From Octopus vulgaris (taxonomy: Eukaryota), in the NCBI GenBank assembly GCA_951406725.2, contig OX597816.1, positions 130,572,001 to 130,636,000 of the forward strand: a DNA stretch of 64,000 nucleotides, in the 5' to 3' direction. Made by a program: the position numbers and the translations under genes. Of this stretch, positions 1 through 14,340 are shown piece after piece (within the stretch, counting starts at the first letter, position 1; every line of letters begins with the position of its first letter). The notes below the pieces were generated by a model. The model was given only the letters and a program-made list of their open reading frames with translations. It made no database searches and was not told where the DNA came from.

Positions 1-106
1 TAACCACTGAATCACTTTGTAACTTGCTGCTGATTAAAAATAATAAAATATATATGTATTCTTGTATTAAGTTCTGTGTGTGTGTGTGTGTGTTGGTGTG
101 TACGTA

Positions 107-164
<58 letters not shown>

Positions 165-165
<1 letters not shown>

Positions 166-370
166 CCTTTCTACTATAGTCACAAATCCTGAACTTTGGA
201 GGAGGGGATAGTCGATTAGATCAATCCCAGTACACAACTGGTACTTGTTTTATCGACCCCGAAAGGATGAAACTATGAAAGTCGACCTGGGCAGAATTTG
301 AACGTAAAAACGGGTGAGATGCCACTAGGTATTTTGCCCGACGTGCTAACGTTTCTGACAGCTCACCGCC

Positions 371-430
<60 letters not shown>

Positions 431-850
431 GGTTTTGAGTTCTGCCTCAAGGGCAACCATTTTTGGAAAGGGGATGAGTCGATTATATCGACCCCAGTGT
501 TTTACTGGTACTTAATTTATCGACCCCAAAAGGACGAACGGCAAAGTCAACCTCGACGGAATTTCAACTCAGAATGTGCAAACAGACGAAAAGCTGCTAA
601 GCATTTCGCCCGATATGCTAACGATTCTGCCAGCTCGCCGCCTTAATAATAATAATAATCTGGCTCAATGCCAGCAAATTTGAGGTTTGGGGAATTGATT
701 ACCTTGATCCTAGTGCTTAGCTGGTACTTATTTTGTCGAACCCAGAAAAAAAATGAAAGAGAAAAATCGACTTCGCTGACATTTGAACCCGGAACGTAAA
801 GACGGACGAAATGCCGCAAAGCATTTTGCTTGGTGTGCTAACGATTGTGC
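165..850 (-). mobile_element. Three SINE family A copies with (AAT)n tails
   Basis: Family A sense consensus: ggcggtgagctggcagaatcgttagc...gagttcaaattccgccgaggtcgactttgcctttcatcctttcggggtcgataaattaagtaccag; tRNA-like A/B boxes. Confidence 0.85.
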
Positions 851-1780
851 TAGACCTAACAAGGTACATGACCACGGCGTTGTCAGAATAATCTGCGATA
901 TGCCCATCAAAACTAACAAAGAGATCAAGGTGAACCGTTCGGACACAACGAAAAAAAAAAAACGGAAAACAAAAGTAATATGTACATTGATAAATGGGGA
1001 AACTGTCAAAATACAAGGATATTGAAATTGAAGTATTGAAGATGCAAGGCGTGAGGATGAAAATGGTACCATCAGAAATTGGAACATTAGGCACGATTAA
1101 AAGAAATATGAAAATAAACATTGCAGCCACACCAGCGCTCACAACACCACAGCAATGTATAACTATAAACGTGATGTTGGTGATTCTATTTCCTTCTTTG
1201 GACTTTTCCTTTTTCCGACGAAGATCTATTCTCGAAACATCAAGAACTCTCTCTTTTTACTGTGAATCAAACTAATCTATTCCATGTGCGGATTCTCTTG
1301 TTTATTTTTAATGTTTGTGTATTTGATTTGACTCACAACACTACACACTGCTCCGAAAACAGCTTTGTTAGGAAAAACCCACATCATGCGAAAGACTATC
1401 AGTTCAACGGCATAGATCAAATAGAACACCTTTCTCTCTGTCACACACACACACACACACAGAGCACAGCATGTACAACTGGCATTTAATAGTCAAAAAC
1501 AACATAACTTACCCAACATACTACTCAGGATTAAGGCTCAATAACATAACACAGCTCACATGACATGTGCCTCACACGACAGAGCACACTAATATAACAA
1601 ACAAACAAACAAACAAAAAAACTAAGCTCATTTCAAGCTGGAACAATACACTAACAGAAGGAGTCAACACTCCTCCAATCCACACAGAAATAAGAACACA
1701 ATGTCGCACACCCCTCAGGAACGAGGAGGTGCATCGGGTTTTGCAGTAGGAACTTGCACGAAATTACAAAAGAAAAATTT

Positions 1781-1834
<54 letters not shown>

Positions 1835-2039
1835 ACAATAATGAGGTAGTTTTGATGAAGCATTGTTAGGTATAACTTTACAGAAGGTTGTTGTGTAAGA
1901 CCGGAACAAAAGAAACTAGAAAAGGAAAGGAAAACAGAATAAAGTTACAGTTTTACCATGTATTTCTATATTTTGGGGTGAAGACATTTGGAAAAAGCGG
2001 TAGTTGGAAAAGGTCGTTGCTCAGTTTCTGTTCTAGGTA

Positions 2040-2345
2040 TTAGGCTTAAATTTTTGGGGGAGGAGGACAGTCGATTAGATCGGCCTCTGTATTTTATCGA
2101 CCACGAAAGGATAAAAGGCAAAGTCAACCTCCGCGGAATTTGAACTCAGATCGTAAAGACGTACAAAATGCTTAGCAGCATTACGTCCGATGCGCAAACG
2201 ATTCTTTCGGCCTGAAATTTTGGGTGAAGATACCAGTCGATTATTTTATCGACCTCGAAATGTGCAACTCTAAGTTGACCTCTGCGGAATTTGTACTCTG
2301 AACGAAAAGCCGAAAGAAATGCCGCTAAGCATTTTGTTCGACGCG
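2040..2345 (-). mobile_element. Two degraded SINE A copies
   Basis: aaaggcaaagtcaacctccgcggaatttgaactcaga motif occurs twice. Confidence 0.75.
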
Positions 2346-2648
2346 ATATTCTTTATTATTGCTACAAGGGCGACTATTGAGGTGACATTACAGGGACAGG
2401 TTACAAAAAATATCGGGGGTTTACAAAGAGATCGGTTGAAAAAGAATAAAGAAATGAAAGAAAAAGAACCCTCTGCGAAATCTCTTGTCTAAAGCATTCT
2501 GTTCACATAAAACTACTTGCTAGATCGCAGCTACACAATTTGTCGTATTAATGTAAACAATCGGCCATGCTTGGCTGGTCAGTTTGAAATAATGGTTTAT
2601 CACCTCCTCTTCTCTTCATCTCCCTCCTACTACCGATTTTATTGTCAG

Positions 2649-2733
<85 letters not shown>

Positions 2734-3799
2734 GTATCTGTCTATCTATCTATCTATCTTTCTATCTATTTGTTAATTCATTATCTTCTCTCCATTCTTC
2801 TCTCTCTCCCCCCCTCACTCTCTCTAATGCTTTATTTTCATCGGTCGGTGTTTTGTTTGGAGTGACTTTGGCTTGATCTGATTGTTATTATTGTTGCTGT
2901 TGTTGTTGTAGTAAAATGGGGATAGCAGTGAGGGTAGAGAAGGCAGTGATGATGGCGGTGGTAGTGATGGATAGGCGTAAGGGAGACGGTTGTGAATATA
3001 AGGTGAGCTGTAGTATATAGACGTATCGAATCTAACCCTATCGTGACCATCATACTCTTAGCAAAACAGAACGAACAAAACAAAAGCAATTGAGATTGTT
3101 GCTGCTATTGTTGCTGTTGCTGTTATGGCTCTATTTATTTTCGATATAGGTTTTGTCAAAAGAAATCTGTTGTGGTTCACGTATGTAGCACTTTACTATG
3201 ATATGAAATCGAAGACATAATCTTTTATAGACAACATTTATTCTATTCGTGAGACATTTCACTGGTAAAGAAATATCTTAAAAAGGTGTGATACATTGCT
3301 TTTTATCTTTTTCCTGGTCCATAAAGAAGTTCTAGTCCACTGATATAGAAATAAGAGTGTTAGTACAAAGGCTAGAACTACATTATTTAATGTTTACATA
3401 AATTTCAAAACGATCGAATGTAATTTGAAAGATATTAGTTGCTATTTCTAGCTAGCCAAGTTTCTATATACCCTCATTAATTGATATTGTTGTTTATCGT
3501 TTGATAAGTTTTGATCGAGTAGGCTTATGGTTTAAATATTCCATCCGTGCTCAGACTTTTTAAGTTGCATTATCTTATACTGAGTCTTCTAGATTATGCG
3601 TATATCTTATCTCATTGTTTTTTTTTTTACATATAGAGAATTATATTGATTTATGTGTCCTTTCTTAACTTTTAAAGAAATATCGAAACTTCTAAAGTAG
3701 TGAAATATGATAAAGAACCGAGAAAAATAGTATTATTACTTTCAAACATTTACAAAAATGTTCGAAAATAAATAGTTCCAAGATACATTACACAGATGC

Positions 3800-4390
3800 T
3801 CTGGAATGCATCATCAATGATATTTGTGGGGGGTCTCAAGGGTTTCGGCTCTTTTAGCATCAGACTCCCAACTTTGCTTGACTCAGCTGGGGTTGATCGA
3901 GTTTGCATCCCAGTAGCAGTAAAACACTGGTTTGCCCTATTTATCCCAAGCCACTAGGTGGCCTTCACTGCTGCTTCAGTAATGAAATGTATGGCCATCC
4001 TCTTTGCAACACCAGTAACTCCAAGTTCCGTACATGTCTGCAGAATGAACCCTAGCAGCCAACTTCAATTGCCTTGCACCATGTCTGCAATCCGTGGTTT
4101 CTGCACAGCCTCATCAGCTCCTGGTATTCAACAAACTTCTCATGAGACTCCTCCATGGCACAATCAGTTTCCACATGATCAACTGTTAGTTGGAATTTGA
4201 AAAGATCACTATGTCTGGGCAGAGTGATATTGGTATCTTGTGATCTGGGAACTTCAATGGTTCCACGAAATCCATTCTTAGTTACCAGTCCGGAGCTATG
4301 AAAAGCAGGCATAAACGCTGAAGTTTCTGTGAGTTGGACTTCTCTCCAGCTCTGAGAAAAGTGACGGCCTTACTTGTAGGTTGGTAAAGA
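3800..4390 (-). mobile_element. 3' fragment of a HERO/R2-group non-LTR retrotransposon
   Basis: Frameshifted remnants LIVPW, EESHEK..EYQEL, WCKAIEVGC*G resemble the REL endonuclease C-terminus (ELTVPWE...EVGCRGF). Confidence 0.65.
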
Positions 4391-5467
4391 CTGTGCTGGG
4401 AACACACACACGCGCGCGCATGCGCCTAATACTCAGCTACACGCTTATTCAATGAGTAGAAAGAAGTTCAGTTGATCTGACAACGAAATATTCATCGTGT
4501 AAACCGACGGGAAACCATTTAACTTTGAGTAGTAATAGTAATAGTAGAAGTAATAGTACAAGTAATAGTAGTAGTAGTAAAAGTAGTAATACAAGTAGTA
4601 ATAGTAGTAGTAGTAGTAGGAGGAGTAGTAGTAGTAGTAGTAGTAGTAGGAGCAGTAATAGTAGTAGTAGTAGGAGGAGGAGGAGGAGGAGGAGTAGTAG
4701 TAGTTGTGGTGATGGTGGTGGTGGTATAGCGATGGTGGTGTGGTGATTTCAACGCTGGTGGTAAATCGCTGTTATTGTTTATGTTTGGCGATAGTAGTGG
4801 TGGTGACAACAATGTCGATGTCAGTGTGTGCATGTGAATGTGAATGTCTATGTGTATATGAATAGGTAGGTAGGTAGAGGTAGGGTTAGTGTGTTTTGTT
4901 GTGCAGCTGATGAAACAAGCATCACAACGGCTTTCTGAACATATACACAAGAACAAAAACAAAAAATACTCTTTTATATACATTGGCCAATGGACCATAC
5001 AGTCAAGTGAAAAGATACCTTTTTTATCATAACATATCCACAATATTGTCCGCCTCCATCCTTCTTTCCTTCCTTTCTACCTTCCTTCTATTTTTTCTAT
5101 ATTTCTTAATTTTCTCTCTAACTTCCAGTCTCCACCTCTCTCACTCTCTGCCCCTGCCTGTCTCTCTCTGTCTAATTTTCTGTCTGTCTGTCTGTCTGTC
5201 TCTGTCTCTGTCTCTGTCTCTCTGTCTCTCTGTCTCTCTCTCTCTCGTTCTTTCTCTCTAATATCCAATGCTTTCTTTATGTACCTGTTCTAGTTTCTTC
5301 CTCTCCCCCACCTTAAACTCCCTTCTGTCGTTCATTCCTTTCATCTTTCTCTTTCACAAAGTATTCCTTCAGTCATCGATGAACTGTAAAATTCTTTCTT
5401 TCATTTGTTTGCTTTGGTTTTCTTAAAAACAAAACAAAAAACAACAAAAAAACAAAACTACTATCTA

Positions 5468-5625
5468 GGCGTGGTTGTGTGGTAAGAAACTCCCTTCACA
5501 ACCACATGGTTCCTGGTTCAGTCCCACTGCGTGGCACCTTGGGCAAGTGTCTCCTATAATAGCTTTGGGCCGATCAAAGCCTTGTGAGTGGATTTGGTGT
5601 ACGGAAACTGAAAGAAGCCCGTCGT
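5468..5625 (+). mobile_element. SINE family B (CORE-like) head
   Basis: ggcgtggttgtgtggtaag...ggttcagtcccactgcgtggcaccttgggcaagtgtct...ggaaactgaaagaagcccgtcgtatata; a tail fragment lies at ~6480-6690. Confidence 0.8.
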
Positions 5626-5724
5626 ATATATATATTTAACCGCGCGTTGCATATATAAATGTAACTGCACGTGATTGTTGGCAATTGTTCCCCTCCTTCG
5701 TCTTGCACTCTCCTGTTTCTTCCT

Positions 5725-5759
5725 GTTTCTGAAGAAGAGCTATGCTCGAATCGTAAAAC
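5725..5759 (+). ncRNA. Degenerate minimal hammerhead motif
   Basis: gttt CTGAAGA a gagc tat gctc GAAt cGTA aaac. Stem I gttt/aaac, stem II gagc/gctc, one core substitution (GAAA>GAAT). Confidence 0.55.
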
Positions 5760-5883
5760 TTCTACTCTTTTCCTTCTCTGAGCATCTTATTATTAAATTG
5801 CTTGTGCCACGTCCAAACGTTTGTTCGTTTTTTTCCCTGTTTTTTATTTTTAATTGACTGTCTATCTATTTATAAGACGAAAG

Positions 5884-5945
<62 letters not shown>

Positions 5946-6787
5946 ATATTTGTATGACCGAACATTAACTTGATCCCACGTAAAATCAATATGTTTCATC
6001 CGATTTCGTTCATGCTTTGCAAATATATCACTTATGTTCCACAGAAGGTTCTACACTGTTTAGATTTGTCACTTATGGAGTAATATAGAGTAATGGGGCA
6101 GAAACGGTTAGAAATTGATTATCTCCCTTACACCGGAAGGTGTGTGTGTGTAACGCTTCATTCTCAGAGAAACATCCACAAACTCAAACAGTAGATTGCA
6201 GACAATGAGCTGAGCTGTTACCATACAGCGTTCGGTAAATTCCGTAAAAATTATTCATTTATTTATTTCTGTGGCTGGAAATGTACATTTCGTTTGATAT
6301 CACTCTCCCGCCTTTCTCTCTGCCTCACACACACTTTCTCTCTTTCCGACAACACACACCTCTCTCTCTCTCCCAGTCAATCACTCACACACTCAAAAAG
6401 ATGCGAGGAAAAATAAATAAAAGAAATGTACGCTGTTACTCTCTCCCTCACACACACACACACACACACACGTGTATGTGTTTTAGTCTGTGTTTGTCCC
6501 TTCTACTTGATGACCGGTGATTGTGTGTTTACGTCTCCGGAACTTAGCTGTTCGGCAAAAAAAAAAACACCCGATAGAATAAGCACCAGGCTTTAAAAAA
6601 AAATCCCGGGGTCGATTTGTTCGACTATAACCCTTCAAGGCGGTGACCCAGCATGGCAGCAGTCAAATGATTGAAACAAGTAAAAATAAAAACAAACAAT
6701 TCTTTAACATACCACCATCAGAACCCGATGTGAATTAAAGATTCGTCAGGTCAATTCCTGTCCGTGCACATATACCTGACAAATATT

Positions 6788-7002
6788 GATTTCAACTTTT
6801 GGCTCAAGGCCAACAATTTCGGTGGGAGTGGGACAGTCGATTACATTGACCCCAGTGTTCAACTGGTACTTACTTTATTGTCACCAAAAGGATAAAAGGC
6901 AAAGTCGAGCTCAGCAGAACTTGAACTCAGAACATAAAGACGGGTGAAATGCCGCTAAGCTTTTTGTCCAGTGTGCTAACGATTCTACCAGCTCTCCGCA
7001 TT
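6788..7002 (-). mobile_element. SINE A copy with target-site duplication
   Basis: Flanked by atacctgacaaatatt / atacatgacaaatatt. Confidence 0.85.
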
Positions 7003-7244
7003 ATACATGACAAATATTACGAATAACGAAACAGAGATTAAACTGTGGTTTTCTGTTATTTTATTTCACATTTACCCGATGCTCTAAACGTTTCTACAAA
7101 TCGATTATCTGCTGAGGTTACAATCGATTAAATTTATCGATCTTAAGTCGACGTTGGCGGGATTTGAACTCAGAACAAAAATATCCGTGACTAAATAGTA
7201 TAATACAGTATGTCCTATCCCCTACCATTCATCAATTCACCCAT

Positions 7245-8400
7245 CGTCTTTCATAATAATAATTTCAAATTTTGGTACGAGGTCAGCAATTATGGGGGAG
7301 TAGGTAAATCGATTAATAGGGCGCCAGTGCTCAACTGGTACTGTATTTCATCGACACAGAAAAGATGTAAGGCAAATTTGACCTTAACCCGTGTTTGAAC
7401 TGAGAAGGTTAAGAGCCGGAAGAAATGCTGCTAAGCATTTGTCCGAGGCGGTAACGATGCCGCCAACTCGTCACCTAACAGTCTTTCATAATAACCCTTT
7501 CTTGAATAAGCACAAGGCTTGGAATTTGGGTGGAGGGAACTGGTTGTTTACATTAACCCCAGGTTCAATTGGTACTTATTTTACCAACTCCGAAAGGATG
7601 CAAGGCAAAGTCGACCTTGGTGGAATTTGAACTCAGAACATAAAGACGGATGAAATGCCGCTAAGCATTTTATCCGGCTTGCTAACGATTCTTGTTTCTT
7701 TATTGCTCACAAGGGGCTAAACATACAGGGGACAAACAAGGACAGACAAACGGATTAAGTCGATTATATCGACCTCAGTGCGTAACTGGTACTTATTTAA
7801 TCGCCCCCGAAAGGATGAAAGGCAAAGTCGATCTCGGCGGAATTTGAACTCAGAACGTAACGGCAGACGAAATGCCGCTCAGCATTTCGTCCGGCTTGCT
7901 AACGATTCTGCCGTCTCATTGCCTTACCGTCTTTCGTAACAATGGTTTCAAATTTTGGCACAAGGTCGGCAATTTTGGAGAGGGGTAAGTCGATTACATG
8001 AATCACAGTGTTCAACTGATACTTATTTTATCGACCATGAAAGGATGAAAGGCAAATTCGACCTCGGCGAAATTTGAGCTCAGAGCATGAAAACGGACGA
8101 AATGCCGCTAAGTATTTTGTCCGGCGTGCTAACGATTCTGCCATCTCACCGCCTTACCGTCTTCCGTAATAATGATTTCTAACATTTGCATAAATCACCA
8201 AATTTCGTGGAAATATTCAGTTGATTGCTATCGATAGCAGTACATGTTTGGAACTTTATTTAATCGAATCCCGGTAGGTTGAAGAACATAACTGACTCTG
8301 TTGAGTTTCGAAATCAGAAGACGTAGATTTGTCATTAAATATTGCAAGACACCTTTTTCCGTTACTCTATAGATTTTATCAATACCCGGTTCTCATAAAA
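7245..8400 (-). mobile_element. Head-to-tail SINE A chain
   Basis: About 5 copies separated by a reiterated spacer resembling cgtctttcataataat. Confidence 0.85.
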
Positions 8401-9469
8401 ATAATATTCAACTTGGGCATAAGGCTACTAATGTGGTGAATGTGTATAGGAACAGTCCATTAGATCGCCATCCCCACTTTTATACTTGGCTGTCATTTTA
8501 TTATGGAAAGAGGGATATAATCATATTTCTGTCAGTGACTGCTTTCTTAATATAAATAATAACAGAAACAAAAACAATTGCAGAAACAACGGTATATTTT
8601 CAATATTCTTACAATATACAATATAGTTATTCAACTATGTCACAAAAATTTTTTTCTTATTTTCTTTTATTTTTTTATCCTCATTATTTGTATTCTGTAA
8701 AAAAAAAAAAAGGAAAAATAACAATATAAAAAATGCCTGTCACTTGATGGCGCTTGATGATAGCTGTGGTGCTGCTATCTGCATCTTAATTTGACGTAGC
8801 ACAATCCATTGTTCACTGAAGCTTTTATTAATGCTCTCTCTCTCTCTCTTCCTTTCTCCCTCTTTCTCCCCTCCTTCCCTTTCAGACACATTATTACATT
8901 CATACATACAGAAAGGCATATCTTCCTACGACACACACACACATACATTTTATATATATATGTATGTATATATGTATATATATGTATGTATCCGATAATA
9001 AAAAATAGATACTTCATTGTTCTCGGAAGCTCGACCAACTTGTTAAAGACGAAGATGAAGAATGAAATAGAAAAGGAAAATAAAAGAAAGATAATAACAA
9101 CAACAACTACTACGAAGGAGAAGATAAATAAGATAAAGTAATTGTAAAATAAAATGACTTTTGACATCAGATAGGGTGGAAAATGTTCGGTTTTCATGTA
9201 GTGGTATTATTTTGGTTATCATTGAAACAAGTGGCACCTTATTACCATCTGTCATGCTTGGTTACCTCCCCATTTTGTTTTTGATTTTGTTGTTGAGTGT
9301 ATTTAGTGGGGCAAAGAGAGAAAAAAAAGAGACCAGAGAAAATAGAGTTGTCAAAGAGATGTGTTAACCACATTGATACAATACACTGTGGTCAAATGAT
9401 AATGTCAAAATACAACACTACAAGCAATATTTGGTGGTTTCATTTAATTCGTAGTGTTTTTTTAGGTAA

Positions 9470-10225
9470 ACTGGCCGAATCGGTAGCGCACTGAAGAAAA
9501 TGCCTTGTATCGGTTTTGCTCCAGCTCTTTATAGTCCAAGTTAAGTTTTAACCTTCGACTCTCCGAGGTTGATAAGATATAGTACCACAAGTCAAGTATA
9601 GGGGCCTATTTAATCGATTGTTCCCTTCCACCTAGATATAATAAGCCCTTGTGCTTACATTAGAAACAATAATTACGAGTTCAACTTCCGTCGAGGTCAA
9701 ATTTGCCTTTCATTCCTCCGAATTCGAAGGGCCGATAAAATAATTGTTTCAAATTTTGGCACACGGCCAGAAATTTTAGGGGAGGGGTAAGTCAATTATA
9801 TCGACCCCAGTGCCTTGCAGGTACTTATTTTATCGATTCCAGTGCTTGACAGGTACTTATTTTATTGACCCCGAAAGGATGAATGGCAAAGTCGACCTCC
9901 GTGGGATTTGAACTCAGAACGCAAAGAAACGGGAGAGATGCCGTTAAGCATTTTATCTGAAACGCCAACATTTTTGCCAGCTCGCCGTCAGTCAAGTACT
10001 CTAGTCAATACAATCGACTAACTCCCTCTACCAAATTTCAGATTTTCTACAATGATAGCAATAAGCATTTTTGCTTCTTGTGGTGTGTTGCTGTATCGTA
10101 TGTGCCGTTAGATAATCGCAAAAATGCCTTCGGGTATTTGATTCACAACTTTAAATGTTCTGAGTTCAAATCTCGTCGAGATCAAGTTTGTCTCTTATTC
10201 TTTCGGAGTCATTAAAAAATACCAA
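9470..10225. mobile_element. Nested, degraded SINE A copies on both strands
   Basis: Minus copy ~9745-9990 between plus-strand fragments. Confidence 0.7.
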
Positions 10226-10627
10226 TCAAATACCCTACACCTTTCACACATTCATCTCCCTTTCTGTTCGTTATCTCTTTTGTGTCCCAGGCACAAAGCG
10301 CGAACTAAGGATTTTGCCTAATCATTTCTTACCAGAACAATTTACTGGGAAACCTTCCTGTTGACGTTCAACCTGCTTAAGTCAAACTCTAGAAAAGAAA
10401 CTAGAGATGTTCAAATTGGACACCATCTCCCTCGATCTACCAGTCACGAAGAGCCTATAAAGCAATGGGTGCTTATCTTCCTTATCTGGAAGATAAGATG
10501 GATTGAGTTGTTGTTCATTGTTAATTGTTTTGACTACTTTTGAGTCGATATTATTTAAAGCTGGTGAAGCAGAGTTGTAACATTAGAGGGAATACAAGTA
10601 AAGACTGTTCAACAACATATTAAAAAA

Positions 10628-10875
10628 TAAATGCGCCCTTTTAAAGCCTAGCCAGGCTCATGGGCCCGATTTCCCGGTTTCAATGGTGTATGTGTTCCCC
10701 AGCTCGACGGGACGCCAGTCCATCGCACCGTTACTCATTTTTGTTATCTGAGTGGACCGGAGCAACGTGAAATGAAGTGTTTTGCTTAAGAACACGACGC
10801 GTCGCCCGGTCCAGGAATCGAAACTACAATCTTACGATCATGATGCTGACACCTTAACCACTAAGCCACGCGTCT
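10628..10875 (-). mobile_element. SINE family C
   Basis: Near-identical reverse complement of 32086-32335; tRNA-like head and gcgatggactggcgtcccgtc segment. Confidence 0.85.
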
Positions 10876-10891
10876 CCACTCAACAGCATAT

Positions 10892-10931
<40 letters not shown>

Positions 10932-12267
10932 AATACAGTGAGAATTTAAGGCAGGCAGAGCAGTAGACAATGTAAGAGCGTGAGAGAAAGGGAAAGTAAG
11001 AGACAATGTGAAAGTGAGAGAAAGGGAGAAAGAAAGCAAGATTGTCAATTCCCAAGTCTTCCTAAGTATACTGGCAGACCGCGGTATACCTGGTCGAGCA
11101 GAAGCAAATATTGTAGGAGTTGAGGACATGGCTAAGTTTCGGAATTCGATATTACAATTAATCTTCTGCTGATGTTGCCCAAGAAAGGCATGAACGTTAC
11201 ACCATGGCCAGAGCTCTGAGCTGAAACTACAGGAAAAAAAAAATTGTATGAGAATAAGCGGTGCATAATGCTGGTAGATATTTTGTCAATTAGATGAAAA
11301 TAAATCAGATGACATCAGTTGAAACTGAACGCTACAAGTAGCCGTCCAATTATTACCGTCAATGTCGATTTCCTTATTACTAGCATGCACTCACAGACAC
11401 ATCATTACTAGTGTTGTTGTTGTTGTTACCACCACCACCACTACTATTACTACTACTACTGCTGCTGCTGCTACTACTACTACTACTACTACTACTAACA
11501 ACAACAGTATTACATCTGATAGAATCTTCGCTATGTAGACAATATTATCTCTCGTGTATCTGGTTAGATGTTGTATTTTGGACAAACCAGTCCTCAGCGC
11601 TGTCAGCTGATTTATGTCGGCAGTGTCACGAGACACGAGACTTAACACGCAGTTTAGAAGACTACATTACTTTGATTATGCTACTGTGGTTTCATGATAG
11701 CTAATTTACCAATTTAACTGAACAACAAACAAAACAAAACCATGCCCGCTTCTAGGATTGACTGACTTGTTATATTGCCTTGATAACTGAGATTTCGTCT
11801 GAAACTCGCTTCTGTTTGTTTACCGACAATCAATTGATGACATCGGCATTTCAACTGAAGCAAATCTGGTGACTATCTATGTTATTTGACCCCAAACGTC
11901 TTGTATCCTGTTGCTGCCGCTCTTAATCTTGATAGAGAACATTTTAAAGCCATCTCTTCCACCATATTCCTGACGTAGCTGGAGGAAAAGAGGTGACTGA
12001 GGAAAAGAGGTGAATAAGACGAAGAGAAAGAGAGAGAGACAGACAGACAGACAGAGTTACGAAAGTGTTTTTGTTGTTCTTTTTGTACTAATACGCAACT
12101 ATTTCTTATGCAGTCTTTCTCATATCAAATCGTAAACATTGCAAATATAATAAGATAGTGTTAATGCATAAATACATTTTATCAAACACGCCGTTAACAA
12201 GCTTCTATTTTCACTGCAACTGGATGCTGATTATGGATTCTGACATTTCAGCGAAATAATGGTGGCA

Positions 12268-13570
12268 TTATTACATTTAAGTGTATTTCGTCTGACTTCA
12301 TGGTCTGAGTTCAAATGTCGCGGAGTCGACTTTGCCTTTCATCCTTTAGGGGTCGATAAATTAAGTACCAATGGAACACTGGGGTTAATATAATCGACTT
12401 GTCCCCTCGCTCCCCGCCCAAGTGCCTATAGTAGAAAGGATTATTACATTTAATTAAAGGCTGGTGAGCTGGAAGAATCTTTAGCACGCCGGGCAAAATG
12501 TTTTGCGGCATTTCGTCTGCACGTTCTGGATTGAAATTCTGCCGAGGTCGATTTTGCCTTTCATTCTTTCGGAGGTCGATAAATTAAGTACCAGTTGAAC
12601 ACTGGGGTCGATGTAATCGACTAGCACCTTCCCCATCAAAATTCCTGGCCTTTTACCAAAATTTGAAACCATTATTACATTTAATTAAAGGCGGTGAACT
12701 GGCAGAAACGTTAGCACGCCGGGCAAAATGCTTAGCGGCATTTCGTCCATCTTTATGTTCTGAGTTCAAATTCCGCCGAGGCCGACTTTGCCTTTCATCT
12801 TTTCGGGGTCGATAAATTAAGTACCAGTGGAACACTGGGGTCGATTTAATCGACTAGTTCCCTCCTCTTCAGGCCTGCTGCCTTTAGTAGAAAGGATTAT
12901 TACATTTTATTAAGGTAGTGAGCTGGCAGAATCGTTAGCACGCCGGACAAAGTGTTTAGCTGCATTTCGTCTGTTTCTGAGTTCAAATTTCACCGAGGTC
13001 GACTTTACCTTTCATCCTTTCGAGATCGATGTAATCGACTTCGACTTACACCTTCCCCCCAAATTTCAGGCCTTGTGCTTCTAATAGAATTATTGCATTT
13101 AATGAAGGCGGTGAGCTGACAGAATCGTTGCGGTCGAGATGACATGCTTCGTGGTATTTCTTCCGGCTCTTTACGTTCTGAGTTCAAATTCCGTCGGGGT
13201 CGACTTTGATTTTTATGCTTTTGGGGTTGATAAAATAAGTACCAATTATGCCATGGGGTAGATTTAATCAACTTACTCCTCCCCTAAAATTTCTGGCCTT
13301 GTGCCAAAATTTGAAATCATTATTACTTTTAATTAAGGGGGTTAGCTGGCAAAATCATTAGATTGTCGGAAGAAATGTTTTGATGTATTTATTCTGGTTC
13401 TTTATGTTCTGAGTTCAAATCCCACCGATGTCGACTTTGCCTTTCATCTCTTCGGGTCGATAAAATGCAGTGCCAGTGAAGTCCTTGAGTCAATAGTATC
13501 GACTAATCCCTCCATTGAAAACAGCTGGCTTTGTGGCTAAGCCACTATTTTGTTTAATTAAAGGCGGTGA
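12268..13570 (+). mobile_element. Head-to-tail SINE A chain (~6 copies)
   Basis: Copies separated by a reiterated spacer resembling attattacatttaatt. Confidence 0.9.
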
Positions 13571-14124
13571 CGTAACCGAAATGGTAAAGTGTCGAACTAT
13601 TCATCTCTCTCTCTGTACTTTCTGAGACCAAATCCTGCTTAGTTCCAAAACCGACTTCCTTTTCATACATCCAGATTCCATGCAATAAGTACCTTATATA
13701 TATACTAGATATATATCAAGTACATTTTCTCCCCACACGTTCGTGATTATACCAAATCTCTACTTGAAGCATACTACGATATACAACCTGTACCGTTTCT
13801 AAGGTAGATTTTTTTTTCTTTTAGGGAGATCTAGCAGCCTCTATTATGTCTCTATTATGCTTGTAACAGGATTTCTCTCACTTGTTCCACTTGATGTTAT
13901 CACAGCTTGTTATTGTTTGATTTTGCTTCATGTTTTTTTTTTCTAAAGTTCATTTCTTCGGGTGTAACAACATCATTGCTTAAACACGTGGTGTACTCCC
14001 GGGGTCAACCAGCATAGGTGGGACAATCTCTTCCAACGAGGTTGGTTTGGGAGTTTGAAATTTAAATCAAAGACTAAAGAGAAAGGCGTGCAGAATATAC
14101 ATATTTAATATTTCATTTTTGCCA

Positions 14125-14340
14125 AGGCAGTGTGATGGCAGAATAGCTACCGCACCGGAGAAAATGCTTAGCGGCATTTCTTCCGTCTTTACGTTCTGAG
14201 TTCAAATTCCGCCGAGGTCGACTGCATCTTTTATCCTTTCGGGGTCGGTAAAACAAGTGCCGGATGAGAACTGGGCTCGATGTAATCGACTTACCTCCTC
14301 TTACAAAATTGATGGCCTTGTGCCATACTTTGAAATCACT
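14125..14340 (+). mobile_element. SINE A copy
   Basis: Full head, body and tail match the family A consensus. Confidence 0.85.

Noticed and set aside
717-1275. Overlapping ORFs at the window start
   Set aside because: Partly SINE-derived, with no motif or splice evidence.
12268-13570. CRISPR-like repeat/spacer appearance
   Set aside because: The long units are homologous SINEs, the short repeats are degenerate, the context is eukaryotic and there are no cas genes.
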